Positions 1 through 11,091 of a DNA stretch of 64,000 bases are shown piece by piece (the stretch's first letter is position 1; each line of letters opens with the position of its first letter). The stretch is from contig JAHPZJ010000014.1 in the NCBI GenBank assembly GCA_019058245.1, forward strand, positions 32,001-96,000, read 5' to 3'. The notes below the pieces were generated by a model, which saw nothing but the letters and a program-made list of their open reading frames with translations, was not told where the DNA came from and searched no databases. Source of the DNA: Promethearchaeota archaeon (GTDB lineage Archaea; Asgardarchaeota; Lokiarchaeia; Sigyniarchaeales; SOKP01). A program made the translations under genes and the position numbers.

Positions 1-1
1 T

Positions 2-133
2 AAACAAATAGAAGCAATTTATTTTGAATATGATAGTGCTGTAATACTAATTAAATCAGCGACAAGCTTCAGTAGTCGGTTAGGATATAAAATATTAAAG
101 AAGTTCAAACCTGAAAGAATAATTATGACTTAA
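2..133 (+). CDS. 3' end of a CDS truncated by the window edge (…KQIEAIYFEYDSAVILIKSATSFSSRLGYKILKKFKPERIIMT*)
   Basis: Open frame from the window start to TAA at 131-133, just upstream of the next gene; product unknown. Confidence 0.45.
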   Translation, partial: KQIEAIYFEYDSAVILIKSATSFSSRLGYKILKKFKPERIIMT

Positions 134-171
134 AAAAATTTAATATAAATGTGTCTTTCTAAAATTTAATT

Positions 172-1113
172 ATGGTAAGTAAAATTAAAAGCGTTATTCG
201 ACTTCTACGTATTCGGCAATATTATAAAAACTTCATGATTTTTGTTGGGATTTTTTTCAGTGGTAGATTATTTGATTACTCCCTCTATTTTCCCCTCTTA
301 ATTGGTTTTGCTTTACTATGTTCGGCTTCATCTTTTAATTATATTATCAATGATATTCGAGATATTGAAAATGACAAAAAGCATCCAGAGAAAATAAGGA
401 AGAAACCTCTTGCTTCCGGAGATCTTTCAATTTCTTTTGCCGTGTTAGTTTTAATTATATTAATTGTATTTATAGTGTTAAGTTTGGTATTTATTATTCC
501 AAAGAACTCTACTGTTGGGCTAACACTCATGATAGTCTTCATAATCGTAACAGGCCAGCTGTACAATCATATTTTAAAAAATTTTGCTTTTATAGACATA
601 ATAATCTTATCTACGGGATATTTATGGAGAGCTATAGCAGGTTGTGTTATTATTGGAGAATATATTTCGGGCTGGTTATATTTTGCAATCTTTGAGATTG
701 CTCTATTCTTAAGTATTGCAAAAAGAAAGAGTGATTTAGAATTACTTGGTAAAGAAAGAGCCATTGAACATAAAAAAGTATATGATCAATACTCCCAAAA
801 ATTATTAGATCAATTTTATGTAATGATTGCCGTCTCCATTTTTATGACTTATTCTCTTTATCTCATCTTTAAATTTAATTTGTTTATTCCAGAAGAAACA
901 AGCCTCAATGAGCTGTTTGTTGTCCTAACAATACCAATTTCACTATATATAATTATGAGATTTATGTATCTTACCTCTGCTAAGCCAGAAATCGCTCGTA
1001 GTACTGAAAAAGCATTTCTAGATAAAGGAATGATTATTGCTAGCTTAATTATGTTTATTATTCTCATTTTATCTTTTTATCTTGAAGAAATTGTTGAAAT
1101 ACTAAACCTCTAA
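172..1113 (+). CDS. UbiA-family prenyltransferase (decaprenyl-phosphate phosphoribosyltransferase-like)
   Basis: YIINDIRDIENDKKHPEK..KPLASG aspartate-rich motif, KRKSDL motif, multiple TM helices. Confidence 0.85.
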   Translation: MVSKIKSVIRLLRIRQYYKNFMIFVGIFFSGRLFDYSLYFPLLIGFALLCSASSFNYIINDIRDIENDKKHPEKIRKKPLASGDLSISFAVLVLIILIVFIVLSLVFIIPKNSTVGLTLMIVFIIVTGQLYNHILKNFAFIDIIILSTGYLWRAIAGCVIIGEYISGWLYFAIFEIALFLSIAKRKSDLELLGKERAIEHKKVYDQYSQKLLDQFYVMIAVSIFMTYSLYLIFKFNLFIPEETSLNELFVVLTIPISLYIIMRFMYLTSAKPEIARSTEKAFLDKGMIIASLIMFIILILSFYLEEIVEILNL

Positions 1114-1300
1114 AGGAGAACCCATTTTTTTCCCATTACATTGTTTTTTTTAATTGAGAATTAAAAATCAATTATGATTTGAGAAATTAATTAAAAAAAA
1201 AGGAAAAAACTTATAAGCTTACAAATTTAAAAAAAATTTAATAAATAATCTAAAAAAAATTATAAAATTACTAATTAAAAAAGTGTTGTGATTTTTTAAT

Positions 1301-3022
1301 ATGGAAATGGAAAAGAAAAACTTAGCAATTATAATTTTAGCCGTTGTTCTAGTCGTATCTGGTGTTGGAAATATTATCCTTGGAGTATTAGTTTCAGTAC
1401 CTCAAGCAGCATCACAAAATACCATAATTGCTGGGGAGATGTATGGTCCTGATAATTTAGATCCTCATGAGTTATGGGAGAGTGCAGGCTTCAATATAGA
1501 TCAGCAAATTTACGAAGGGTTATATCGATATGCAATCGAAGATTCAGATATTCCACTTGTTCCACAGTTAGCAAGCGCAATTGGTAATTGGTCATATGCT
1601 TCAGTAGATCCTGAACATAGTATTGCAAATCTAACCATTGCCCTAAGACATGACGTAACTTTCCATGATGGAACTCCATTCACCGCTGCTGCAGTTAAAT
1701 GGAGCTTCGATAGATTAGCATATTGGATGAATGTAACAGGTGACCTTCCTGCTACTGAGACAGTCGCTCAAATAGAATCCCTATATAGATGGCCTGATTG
1801 GACCCCAGTTATTAATGAAACTGTAGTTGTTGATGATTATACAGTTAAATTCGTATTAAATAGACCTTATGGAGTGTTCGATGCTCTCTTATGTTTCAGT
1901 GGTTCATTTATTATGAAACCCATAGATGCCCAGTTGCATTCGAGGATTCAAGTATCACAAGCTTGTGCTCCAGGTGGAAGTGGAGACCAAATCATTGGAA
2001 CTGGTCCTTTTATTTTTGAATCATATAGGGCTGGTGTAGAGACAAGAATGAAACGTAATGACGATTATTATCTAGAACCAGCAGCAGTTGAAAGAGTAGT
2101 TATCACTATCATTCAAGATGCAGATGCTAGAAATAACGCGATGTTAGCAGGTGATATTAATCTTTTAGAATCCCCACATCCTTCGTTCTATGATGAGATG
2201 AGAGCCTCTACTAAAGTTAATCTTGTAGAAGTAGACTCCCCTGCAAGTTCAATTACACAATATCTAGGATTCAATAACAAATTAATTAATAAAACATGGA
2301 GACAAGCAATGTCATGGGCAATTAATTACTCTTACATGATTAATGAACTTTTAGAAGGTTATGCTTTAAGATTAGAATCAGCTATTCCTATGGGAATTGC
2401 ATATGCTAACTATTCAAGTCATGAAGCAGTTTATAATGTTACTAAAGCAAGGCAAATCATGCAAAGCATGGGATTTGGGACTACCTTTACTACAGACACT
2501 CAATGGCAAGGAGCTACGTTTAGATCGGTAAATTATACATATAATATCGGTAATAAATTCCGAGAAGATATGTTGATCTTATTACAACAAAATCTCGCTA
2601 ATATTGGAATTAAAGTCACAGACAATGGTCAAGAATGGACTCCATACCTCGATTTAGTCTATAATAGAACAGCTCCCGGCTATGATGGATTGGAGCTCTG
2701 GTTTATTGGATGGATACCTGATTATAATGATCCAAGTAATTATGTTAATTCTTTGATGTCTAATGTATCATCTGGTAACGCAGCTCAAATTAACGATCCC
2801 ACGTTAGAAGGGCTGCTAAGAGCAGGTCTAGTTGAAACTAATACTACCCTAAGAGCGCAAATCTATAATGAGATGCAACAATATCTTTGCGAAGATCTCA
2901 TGCCATGGGCATGGGGTTATAGTTCCTTAAACAGAGATGCCTTTGCGCCAAATCTAAAAGGATTTCCAACTAACCCATGGGGCTATGTATATTTCTATCC
3001 TTGCTATTTTGTTGTAGACTAG
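1301..3022 (+). CDS. Oligopeptide/dipeptide ABC transporter substrate-binding protein (family 5)
   Basis: N-terminal TM anchor; LDPH, IYEGLY, LRHDVTFHDGTPFTAAAVKWSF, GTGPF, WIPDYNDP motifs. Confidence 0.92.
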   Translation: MEMEKKNLAIIILAVVLVVSGVGNIILGVLVSVPQAASQNTIIAGEMYGPDNLDPHELWESAGFNIDQQIYEGLYRYAIEDSDIPLVPQLASAIGNWSYASVDPEHSIANLTIALRHDVTFHDGTPFTAAAVKWSFDRLAYWMNVTGDLPATETVAQIESLYRWPDWTPVINETVVVDDYTVKFVLNRPYGVFDALLCFSGSFIMKPIDAQLHSRIQVSQACAPGGSGDQIIGTGPFIFESYRAGVETRMKRNDDYYLEPAAVERVVITIIQDADARNNAMLAGDINLLESPHPSFYDEMRASTKVNLVEVDSPASSITQYLGFNNKLINKTWRQAMSWAINYSYMINELLEGYALRLESAIPMGIAYANYSSHEAVYNVTKARQIMQSMGFGTTFTTDTQWQGATFRSVNYTYNIGNKFREDMLILLQQNLANIGIKVTDNGQEWTPYLDLVYNRTAPGYDGLELWFIGWIPDYNDPSNYVNSLMSNVSSGNAAQINDPTLEGLLRAGLVETNTTLRAQIYNEMQQYLCEDLMPWAWGYSSLNRDAFAPNLKGFPTNPWGYVYFYPCYFVVD

Positions 3023-3285
3023 AAATAAATTAAGGAGGATACTTATAAACTAAAAATTAATCAATTTTTTTTTTTAATTTAAAAGAATATTTAATAATTT
3101 TTGAACAATAAAAAAAGGGGATAAGAGCAAATAAAGAAAGTTATATAGAAGAAACTCATTATTTAATGATTATTTTTTATGAAAAAATGTTATTTTAAAA
3201 TTAATAAAAAGACTATTATTTTCAAATTTAAAACAAAAACGATAAATTATTCAAATTAAAACAAATTATCTATAAAATAATCCTT

Positions 3286-3750
3286 ATGAGGACTAAAATT
3301 GATTTTGGCAGGCAAGGAAATTTTATTTTTACTATTCTCATGATCCACTTCTTATTTTTTGGATATATATGTAATGTGTATAAAAAATCAATAGGAGTAG
3401 ATATATTATATTTGCATAAAATTCTATTTAGTCCCTATTCTTTTATTTCAATCATTATTCTTTTTCTATTAGTGTTTATTATGGTATTCAGAGAACAATT
3501 TTTTGAATATGGGATTAGGAATAGTATTTGGCTTACTCCCATAATCATAGGACAATCGTGGTTTTGGTATATCTTTATTAATTATAAATTAGATATATTT
3601 ATCCAGATTGGACGATTTTTTATTAGTTATGAAGGATACCTCACAATTTTTTCAATATTGGGTATTAATTTATTAGCAGCAATTTTAGCTGCTTATGCTA
3701 GACAGAAATATAATGAATATTTTAGAACTACGAAAGAGATTCAAGATTAA
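3286..3750 (+). CDS. Hypothetical 4-TM membrane protein within the peptide ABC operon
   Basis: 154-aa hydrophobic ORF, co-oriented, between the SBP and the permease. Confidence 0.65.
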   Translation: MRTKIDFGRQGNFIFTILMIHFLFFGYICNVYKKSIGVDILYLHKILFSPYSFISIIILFLLVFIMVFREQFFEYGIRNSIWLTPIIIGQSWFWYIFINYKLDIFIQIGRFFISYEGYLTIFSILGINLLAAILAAYARQKYNEYFRTTKEIQD

Positions 3751-3796
3751 AAAAAAATAACAACAAAAAATTATAAAAATTGGTCAGGGTTAAAAT

Positions 3797-4816
3797 ATGA
3801 GTATGCTTAAATATATATTACGAAGACTATTACAACTAGTACCTATATTATTTGGAGTTTTACTTATAACATTTTTCCTTTCTAGAGCAATGCCAGGGGA
3901 TCCCATTCAAGCGCACCTCCCACCAATATATACACAAGCACAATATGAAGCGAGAAGGCATCAACTCGGATTTGATTTACCTCTATGGCAACAATTTTTT
4001 ATATATCTAGGAAACTTATTTGCGGGTAATTGGGGTTATTCTATATCAATTAATAGAGGACAAGATGTCTGGGAACTTATCTGGGAAAGATTTCCAAGAA
4101 CTTTAGATATAGCAATATTATCAATAATTATTGCATCAATCGTAGGCATTAAAACTGGAGTAATATCAGCAACCCATAGAAATAAGGCAAAAGATACAAT
4201 ATTAAGGGGATTTGCTCTTGTGGGGGTGTCTATTCCGGTATTTTGGTTAGGATTACTCCTTCAATTCTTTGTAGCCTATAAGCTAGGTTGGTTACCAGCA
4301 ATCGGATATAAAGATATGAGATATAGTGATCCTCCACTAAGGACAGGTTTCATGGTAATAGATGCTATAATTGCAGGTCAAATGAATTTAGCGATAGACT
4401 ACTTAGTTCATTTGATTTTACCAGTATTATGCTTAGCATTTATATTTCTCGCAACATTCACAAGACAAACACGTTCAAGCATGCTTGAAATATTACAACA
4501 GGATTATATTCGAACCGCAAGAGCAAAAGGTTGTAGAGAAAAAGATGTAATAAAAAAACATGCTAGAAGAAATGCATTAATTCCTACCACAACTGTTATA
4601 GGATTAAGCATTGGTGGCTTATTAGGAGGGGCTATGTTAACTGAAATTACTTTTAATTTACATGGAATGGGTGAATTATTATTACGTGCTATACTTGATC
4701 GAGATTATTATGTCTTAAATGCGATCGTATTTATGACCACAATGATATTCATTCTTGTAAATTTATTTACTGATATGGCATATGCGTATTTAGACCCTAG
4801 AATAACATTTCAATAG
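3797..4816 (+). CDS. dppB: Peptide ABC transporter permease (DppB/OppB)
   Basis: YILRRLL, PGDP, DYIRTARAKG EAA loop, YLDPRI C-terminus. Confidence 0.92.
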   Translation: MSMLKYILRRLLQLVPILFGVLLITFFLSRAMPGDPIQAHLPPIYTQAQYEARRHQLGFDLPLWQQFFIYLGNLFAGNWGYSISINRGQDVWELIWERFPRTLDIAILSIIIASIVGIKTGVISATHRNKAKDTILRGFALVGVSIPVFWLGLLLQFFVAYKLGWLPAIGYKDMRYSDPPLRTGFMVIDAIIAGQMNLAIDYLVHLILPVLCLAFIFLATFTRQTRSSMLEILQQDYIRTARAKGCREKDVIKKHARRNALIPTTTVIGLSIGGLLGGAMLTEITFNLHGMGELLLRAILDRDYYVLNAIVFMTTMIFILVNLFTDMAYAYLDPRITFQ

Positions 4817-4885
4817 AACAGAACATAAAGGAATACAACTAAAAGGACGTGAAAAAAAATTAAACAAGAAACTTATCAAGAAAAA

Positions 4886-5869
4886 ATGGAAGGATTTATC
4901 GAAGAAGAAAAAAAAGTGGGTACTTTAAAAAACATAATCTTATGGATTTTTTCTAATATTAAATTTCTTCTTATACCTGGTTCTAGAATAGAAGAATTAT
5001 CACAGCGGGAATCTGACTATGAAAGAACGGTTAGTAAGAGAAAATTTATTCGGAGATTAAAATCACCCTTAACTATCATAGGAATTTTTATCGTTATTTC
5101 TATCATAACATTAGCAATTTTTGGACATTGGATTTCTCCCTATACCATTGAAGAAGCTGACGGAATGTTAGAGAATTCATGGGCGGGTCCATCTCCAGAT
5201 CATCCTTTAGGGCAAACAAATTTTGGGCGTGATATCTTAGCAAGAATAATATTTGGGGCAAGAAATTCCTTAACGATTGCACTACCTGCAATTACATTAA
5301 GTGTAGTTGTAGGTGTCATAATAGGTGTGATTGCTGCTTATTATGGTGGATGGATAGATACCATTTTAATGAGATTATGCGATATTTTTCTGGCATTTCC
5401 TGCATTGGTTTTTGCTATTATATTAGTGGGAATTTTAGGTCGAAGAATGGATATTATAATTTTAGCTTATGGAATTCTTGGTATACCTTTTTATTCACGT
5501 TTAATTAGGGGATCAGTATTACAGGCAAGAGCGTTACCTTATGTGGAAGCCGCAAGAGTATCTGGAGCAGGTAGTTGGAGAATAATGTTTAGGCATATCC
5601 TACCTAATTCTATACAACCAATCATAATTTCATTTACGTTCGATATTGGTGGAGTTATATTGAGTTTTGCAGGGTTAGCATTTTTAGGATATAGTGATCC
5701 TCACTTAATTGAATGGGGGAGAGACATCGATATTGGGCGTGGTCATCTCGTTAATGCCCCTTGGGCGGCATTATGGCCAGGATTAATGATATTGGTTACA
5801 GTATTGGGTTTTATGTTAGTTGGAGATGGATTAAGAGATGCTCTCGACCCAAGATTAAGAAATTTATAG
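4886..5869 (+). CDS. dppC: Peptide ABC transporter permease (DppC/OppC)
   Basis: HPLGQTNFGRD, YVEAARVSGA, HILPN, GDGLRDALDPR. Confidence 0.92.
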   Translation: MEGFIEEEKKVGTLKNIILWIFSNIKFLLIPGSRIEELSQRESDYERTVSKRKFIRRLKSPLTIIGIFIVISIITLAIFGHWISPYTIEEADGMLENSWAGPSPDHPLGQTNFGRDILARIIFGARNSLTIALPAITLSVVVGVIIGVIAAYYGGWIDTILMRLCDIFLAFPALVFAIILVGILGRRMDIIILAYGILGIPFYSRLIRGSVLQARALPYVEAARVSGAGSWRIMFRHILPNSIQPIIISFTFDIGGVILSFAGLAFLGYSDPHLIEWGRDIDIGRGHLVNAPWAALWPGLMILVTVLGFMLVGDGLRDALDPRLRNL

Positions 5870-5916
5870 CGTTAGACTTATCTCTTGTATAAATTACTAT
5901 TGAGTTGACATAGAAC

Positions 5917-7200
5917 ATGAATTTAACAGAAAAAAAATATAGTAGTGAAGATATTAAAACAGATCAATTTAATTTAGATTTACAAAAGAAATCAGAAATA
6001 CTGCTTGAAGTTAAAAACTTAAAAACATACTTTTATACCGAAGAAGGTATTGTCAAGGCAGTTGATGGTATTTCATTTGATATATATTCAGATGAAGTAC
6101 TTGGTCTTGTTGGCGAAACTGGATGTGGGAAATCAGTTACAGCTCTCTCAATTTTACGACTTGTAAGGGATCCTGGAAAGATTATCGAGGGTTCAATTAA
6201 ATTCAATGGTATTAATATTCTGGCATTAACCGAACAAAAAATGAGACAATACCGTGGCAATCAAATTACCATGATATTTCAAGATCCTCTTAATTCACTT
6301 AACCCCGTAATGACAGTTGGTAAACAAATATCGGAAGTTTTTCTTTTACACCAAAAAGAAGAACTTAAAGAAATTTTAGACAACCGCCTTTTGGATAGGA
6401 GAAAGTTAATAGATGAAAAAAATGAATTAAAGAATGAACTAAAAAATAAAAAAAAGAATGGAATTATATCTGAAGAAGAACAGGAAAATCTTCAATCGCA
6501 AATTGATGAACTTAAAGCTAAAATACCGAAACTACCTATTTTAAAGCATATTGCATTGGAAAAAGCAGAAAAAATTATAAAGAGAGTAGGAATTGCAGAT
6601 GCAGATGGTATAATAAAAAGATATCCTCATGAGTTGAGTGGTGGTATGAGACAACGTATTATGATTGCTATGGCACTTTCATGTAATCCACTGCTTTTAA
6701 TTGCTGATGAGCCAACAACCGCCTTAGATGTTACTATTCAAGCTCAAATTCTTGATTTAATGCAAAAACTGAAGAAAAAAATGAGAACTTCAATCCTTCT
6801 AATAACTCATGATTTAGGAATCATTGCAGATACATGTAACCGAGTTGCTGTTATGTATAGTGGAAATATAGTAGAATATGCAACTGCTGAAGATTTATTT
6901 AAAAATCCTCGTCATCCATATACCAAAGGTCTAATAGCAGCTATTCCTAGTATTGAAACAAAAGACAAAAAATTAAAAACTATTCGAGGGATGGTTCCAA
7001 ACTTGATTTACCCCCCTTCAGGGTGTAGATTTCACCCAAGATGCGACAAGCGATTGGAAATCTGTGATAAAATCAAACCAACTTGGCTTGAAATAAGCGA
7101 TAAATATTTTATTGCATGTCATCTTTATGATCCTAAGTATAAAGATTCTCCGAAATATATGTGGGAAAATGAAGAAGTTGTTGAATCCCATAAAGTATAA
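5917..7200 (+). CDS. dppD: Peptide ABC transporter ATPase (DppD/OppD) with a charged helical insertion
   Basis: Walker A GETGCGKS, YPHELSGGMRQR, ADEPTTALD, C-terminal GCRFHPRC oligo_HPY domain. Confidence 0.92.
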   Translation: MNLTEKKYSSEDIKTDQFNLDLQKKSEILLEVKNLKTYFYTEEGIVKAVDGISFDIYSDEVLGLVGETGCGKSVTALSILRLVRDPGKIIEGSIKFNGINILALTEQKMRQYRGNQITMIFQDPLNSLNPVMTVGKQISEVFLLHQKEELKEILDNRLLDRRKLIDEKNELKNELKNKKKNGIISEEEQENLQSQIDELKAKIPKLPILKHIALEKAEKIIKRVGIADADGIIKRYPHELSGGMRQRIMIAMALSCNPLLLIADEPTTALDVTIQAQILDLMQKLKKKMRTSILLITHDLGIIADTCNRVAVMYSGNIVEYATAEDLFKNPRHPYTKGLIAAIPSIETKDKKLKTIRGMVPNLIYPPSGCRFHPRCDKRLEICDKIKPTWLEISDKYFIACHLYDPKYKDSPKYMWENEEVVESHKV

Positions 7201-7236
7201 CATTAAAATTAAATATATATCAAGATAGAAAGAAAA

Positions 7237-8334
7237 ATGCAGATAGAAGAAGAAAAAATTGACAATGAGAGGAAAGGAAGAATACTTCTCTCTGTAAAAG
7301 ATCTTAAAACTTATTATCCTATATTAGGTGGGTTATTTAAAAGAAAAATAGGGGATGTAAAAGCAGTTGATGGAGTTTCCTTCAATCTTTATAAAAAAGA
7401 AACATTTGGGTTAGTAGGAGAAAGTGGATGTGGTAAAACAACTATTGGAAACACAATTCTAAATTTGGTACCCCCTACTTCTGGAGAGATTTATTTTAAT
7501 AATAAAAAAATACAATTAGTGAAAAAAAAAAAGAAGAAAAAAGGGGAAAGAAATAATGAAATAAAAACTTCAGAGGAAACAGCTAATATTGATGGAAACT
7601 CGACTATTAAATATTCCCAAGAACTCCGTAAAAAAATTCAGATGGTATTTCAAGATCCTGACTCTTCATTAAATCCTCGCTGGAAAGTGGTTAATATTAT
7701 TGGGGAACCTTTAAGAATTCTCCTAGGTATGAAAAAAAGAAGAGAAATTCGTAAACGAGTTCTTGAACTTTTAGAAGTAGTATCAATGAAAGTTGAGCAT
7801 TTAGATCGATATCCTCATGAATTCTCTGGTGGTCAAAAGCAAAGGATTGTAATTGCCAGAGCATTAGCTTGTAATCCTGAACTGATTATCTTGGATGAAC
7901 CAACTTCCGCTCTTGATGTATCTGTTCAAGCTCAAATCTTAAACTTATTAAAAGAACTTCAAGAAAGATTTGATTTATCTTATCTTTTTATAACTCATGA
8001 TTTAAGTGTGATACAACATATCGCTGATAGAATCGCAGTGATGTATTTAGGCAAATTTGTTGAAATAGGTTCAATTGATGAAGTTTTCTATAATCCAACA
8101 CATCCTTACACCAGAGCTTTATTATCAGCACGACCCACATTCGATCCTGGTTCAAGAGCAAACAGAATTATATTAGAAGGAGATGTTCCTAGTCCAATTA
8201 ATCCGCCAGAAGGGTGTCCTTTTTATCCTAGATGTCAAGAAAAAGATAAGCATGCAGGATGTGGTATTGAAAATCCTAAAACGATCCATCTAGGTGGAAA
8301 CCACTATATATCATGTTTACCTTTCAAGAAATAA
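7237..8334 (+). CDS. dppF: Peptide ABC transporter ATPase (DppF/OppF)
   Basis: GESGCGKT, YPHEFSGGQKQR, DEPTSALD, PSPINPPEGCPF. Confidence 0.92.
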   Translation: MQIEEEKIDNERKGRILLSVKDLKTYYPILGGLFKRKIGDVKAVDGVSFNLYKKETFGLVGESGCGKTTIGNTILNLVPPTSGEIYFNNKKIQLVKKKKKKKGERNNEIKTSEETANIDGNSTIKYSQELRKKIQMVFQDPDSSLNPRWKVVNIIGEPLRILLGMKKRREIRKRVLELLEVVSMKVEHLDRYPHEFSGGQKQRIVIARALACNPELIILDEPTSALDVSVQAQILNLLKELQERFDLSYLFITHDLSVIQHIADRIAVMYLGKFVEIGSIDEVFYNPTHPYTRALLSARPTFDPGSRANRIILEGDVPSPINPPEGCPFYPRCQEKDKHAGCGIENPKTIHLGGNHYISCLPFKK

Positions 8335-8452
8335 TATAAATCTTACATTAAAATAACATGAAAATTATTTTAGATTAATAATATTTTTTCTTCAAATATA
8401 ATAAATAATAATTAATTGAAAAATCTTATAATAATCAATCTTTAGATAGTGT

Positions 8453-9652
8453 CTATTCTAATTTTGAATCAATACTCTTTAAAGATTGGTAACAAATATT
8501 TAAACATCCATTCAGATTTTCAATAGAACATTTATCAGGGGTATCTTTCAAAGAGTGTATGAGATGTGAATCTTTATCTGAATGAAAACAGCTAATTTGT
8601 AATTTTTTCCTTGCACGATGAGCATATCTTTTGAACATTTTGTAATCACTTTTCGGTTTAATTGTTTTATCGAATTTAACTAATGGAATTTTTAACTGTT
8701 TTGCTGTTGCTTCAAAAACATCATTTAAATTATCATTTATTTTTCTCCTGAAAATAAATCCTGTTTTATTTAGAAGACCAATAAAGGATCCAACCATATC
8801 GATATTAATATAATAAGATCTATCTAAATTATATTCCTGGCTTAAATTATTGAGGTGATTTCTACAAAAATTTTTTGAGCCTTTCATACCCCATTCTTCG
8901 GCCCCTGTCCAGATAATTAAGAGATCCATGTTATTTAGAGGATTTTCATGAAATAATTTTGCCAGTTCAATTAAAATTGCAACTCCACTTGCGTTATCAA
9001 TTGATCCTGCTGATGGAGTTTGGATGAAAACCAAAAAAAGTATAGGAACTGAAACAAAAACTCCAGTGATTGATGTAAAAGTTATTAACACAATTACTAA
9101 ATTTGATAGAGGAACGATGTCCAAATAATCAAAAATAAAAATTGCTGAAAAAATTAAAATAATCAAACTATAGAATAAGATTACAATTCTATATATAAAA
9201 AATATCATAATTTGTAGTTTGTATGGAATATTCAGAGAAATCGAATCATAATGAGCTGTAAAAATAACTAATGGACGATCTGGAGATTGATCTTTAGATA
9301 ATATTCTGGTAAAGATATTTTTCGATTCCTCTTTTTCTATAAAAGATATATCTCGTGCTCTTTCAAAGAAATTCTTTATAATAAAATAGAGGATGATAAT
9401 TAAAAATAAGCGAAAAAGGATTAGATAGAATAAAATAAGAATATAGCTCATTCTCATCATTATCCTCATAGGACCTGTCCATTCAAAATGTTCAACTCTA
9501 GTTTTAATATTATACTTCTTTAATTCTTTTCCTATGTAATTCAATGCTTCTGTTTCTCCTGTAGTCGTGCTAGTTCGATTAAATGCTAAGGATTTTACAT
9601 GTTCAATAGTATCTGTTTTATTATATAGCTGTATATCTGAAACTGAAATCAT
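8453..9652 (-). CDS. Membrane-embedded M28 family metallopeptidase
   Basis: AHYDS, GSIDNASG, GAEEWG, NIDMVG, HSLKD zinc-ligand motifs with inserted TM helices. Confidence 0.85.
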   Translation of the reverse strand: MISVSDIQLYNKTDTIEHVKSLAFNRTSTTTGETEALNYIGKELKKYNIKTRVEHFEWTGPMRIMMRMSYILILFYLILFRLFLIIILYFIIKNFFERARDISFIEKEESKNIFTRILSKDQSPDRPLVIFTAHYDSISLNIPYKLQIMIFFIYRIVILFYSLIILIFSAIFIFDYLDIVPLSNLVIVLITFTSITGVFVSVPILFLVFIQTPSAGSIDNASGVAILIELAKLFHENPLNNMDLLIIWTGAEEWGMKGSKNFCRNHLNNLSQEYNLDRSYYINIDMVGSFIGLLNKTGFIFRRKINDNLNDVFEATAKQLKIPLVKFDKTIKPKSDYKMFKRYAHRARKKLQISCFHSDKDSHLIHSLKDTPDKCSIENLNGCLNICYQSLKSIDSKLE

Positions 9653-9891
9653 AATAAGATGTGTGCTTAATTTATTTTTTATTAAAAATTATAAGAGAAC
9701 AATTCTATTTTATTTTCTTTATTCAATTTAATTTGTCATAATATTTTGATTAATTCAGATGAATTATAAAAAATATAAAATTATGAATTAAAGCATTATA
9801 AATTCTTAATAGGAGGCATTAAATACTTATCTACGGTTATATTTCCGGAACAAAAAATTAAATATAAGATTTTTAATTTTCTAATTTATCT

Positions 9892-11091
9892 ATGAGTAAA
9901 AAATGCCAAATATTCATAATCAAAACATCTCCCAAAACTGTTCTTGAAGATTATAGTAAATTAATGCATTTATCTAAGTATCAAGAGCATTTTCCTAAAG
10001 TTCTTAAAACAATTATTAAACTTAATCTTAGTTGGTCGAAATTCTACCCTTCATGTTCTAGCCCTCCATGGCAAGTAGAAGGCGTTCTTAAAACCATGAT
10101 TGAGGATGGCTTTGATCCTCGTAACCTTTTTACAGCTGAAAACCGTACTGTTGTAACCAATATTTCAAAAGGAATTACTCAAAATCGCTGGAGTCCAATC
10201 ATTAAAAAATATGGTGCTTGGTTTGTGCCTTTAACAAAAGTTCCTTTTATTTCATATAATGATGATTTAAGATCAAAATTTGAGACCATAAGAGATAGAG
10301 AATTGCATGTATTAGATTCAAAAATTTTTCCAAATGGATTTAGCATACCTAAATTTTATTTAGGAAAGCCTATAATTCATCTACCAACCATGAAAACACA
10401 TGGACATACTGGTTCTGCTGGCGGATCATTAAAAAACACAAAAGATGAGGCGAAAAATGGAGGAATTACATGCGCTATGAAAAATGCTTTTGGAGGATTG
10501 TTAACCAAACGAAGACATTTTTCTCACCAATATATGAGTGAGGTACTAGTTGATTTACTGATAATCCAAAAACAGATACATCCTGAGATAATGTCAATTG
10601 TAGATGGAACAGTTTGTGGTGATGGTGCGGGTCCGAGAACCATGATACCACGGATTAAAAATTATTTACTTGCGGGCTATGACCAAGTGGCGGTAGATAC
10701 TGTTGTTGCAAAAATGTTAGGTTTTGAACCTTTAAAACTGCCTGCTATAAAAATTGCTCACGACGAAGGTTTAGGATGTGGAGATTTTGATCAAATTGAA
10801 ATTGTAGGGGAAGATATATCACATGTTGACTGGAAATTTAGAGTAAAAAGAAGTCTAGTAATTTGGGGTGATCAAATGGTAAGAAAAGGAAAACTCTCTT
10901 TTTTACATCCATTATTCCATAATAAAGTATTTATGGCGTTGCCCATTTTAAGTTCATTAATTTATCATGATATGTTTTGGTATCCTACAGTAGGTAAAAA
11001 AAGAATAAAAGAGTTTATGAAAACTGAATGGGGAAAAATGTTTGAAAATTACCCAGCTGAATCGTCAGGCACAATAAATAAATATAATTAA
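9892..11091 (+). CDS. DUF362 domain protein
   Basis: IKLNL, LPTMKTH, TCAMKNAFG, DG…GAGP, DQVAVD motifs. Confidence 0.8.
   Translation: MSKKCQIFIIKTSPKTVLEDYSKLMHLSKYQEHFPKVLKTIIKLNLSWSKFYPSCSSPPWQVEGVLKTMIEDGFDPRNLFTAENRTVVTNISKGITQNRWSPIIKKYGAWFVPLTKVPFISYNDDLRSKFETIRDRELHVLDSKIFPNGFSIPKFYLGKPIIHLPTMKTHGHTGSAGGSLKNTKDEAKNGGITCAMKNAFGGLLTKRRHFSHQYMSEVLVDLLIIQKQIHPEIMSIVDGTVCGDGAGPRTMIPRIKNYLLAGYDQVAVDTVVAKMLGFEPLKLPAIKIAHDEGLGCGDFDQIEIVGEDISHVDWKFRVKRSLVIWGDQMVRKGKLSFLHPLFHNKVFMALPILSSLIYHDMFWYPTVGKKRIKEFMKTEWGKMFENYPAESSGTINKYN

Noticed and set aside
7520-7545. A-rich run encoding poly-Lys in DppF as a slippage or phase-variation site
   Set aside because: The frame is intact and A-runs are ubiquitous in this AT-rich genome
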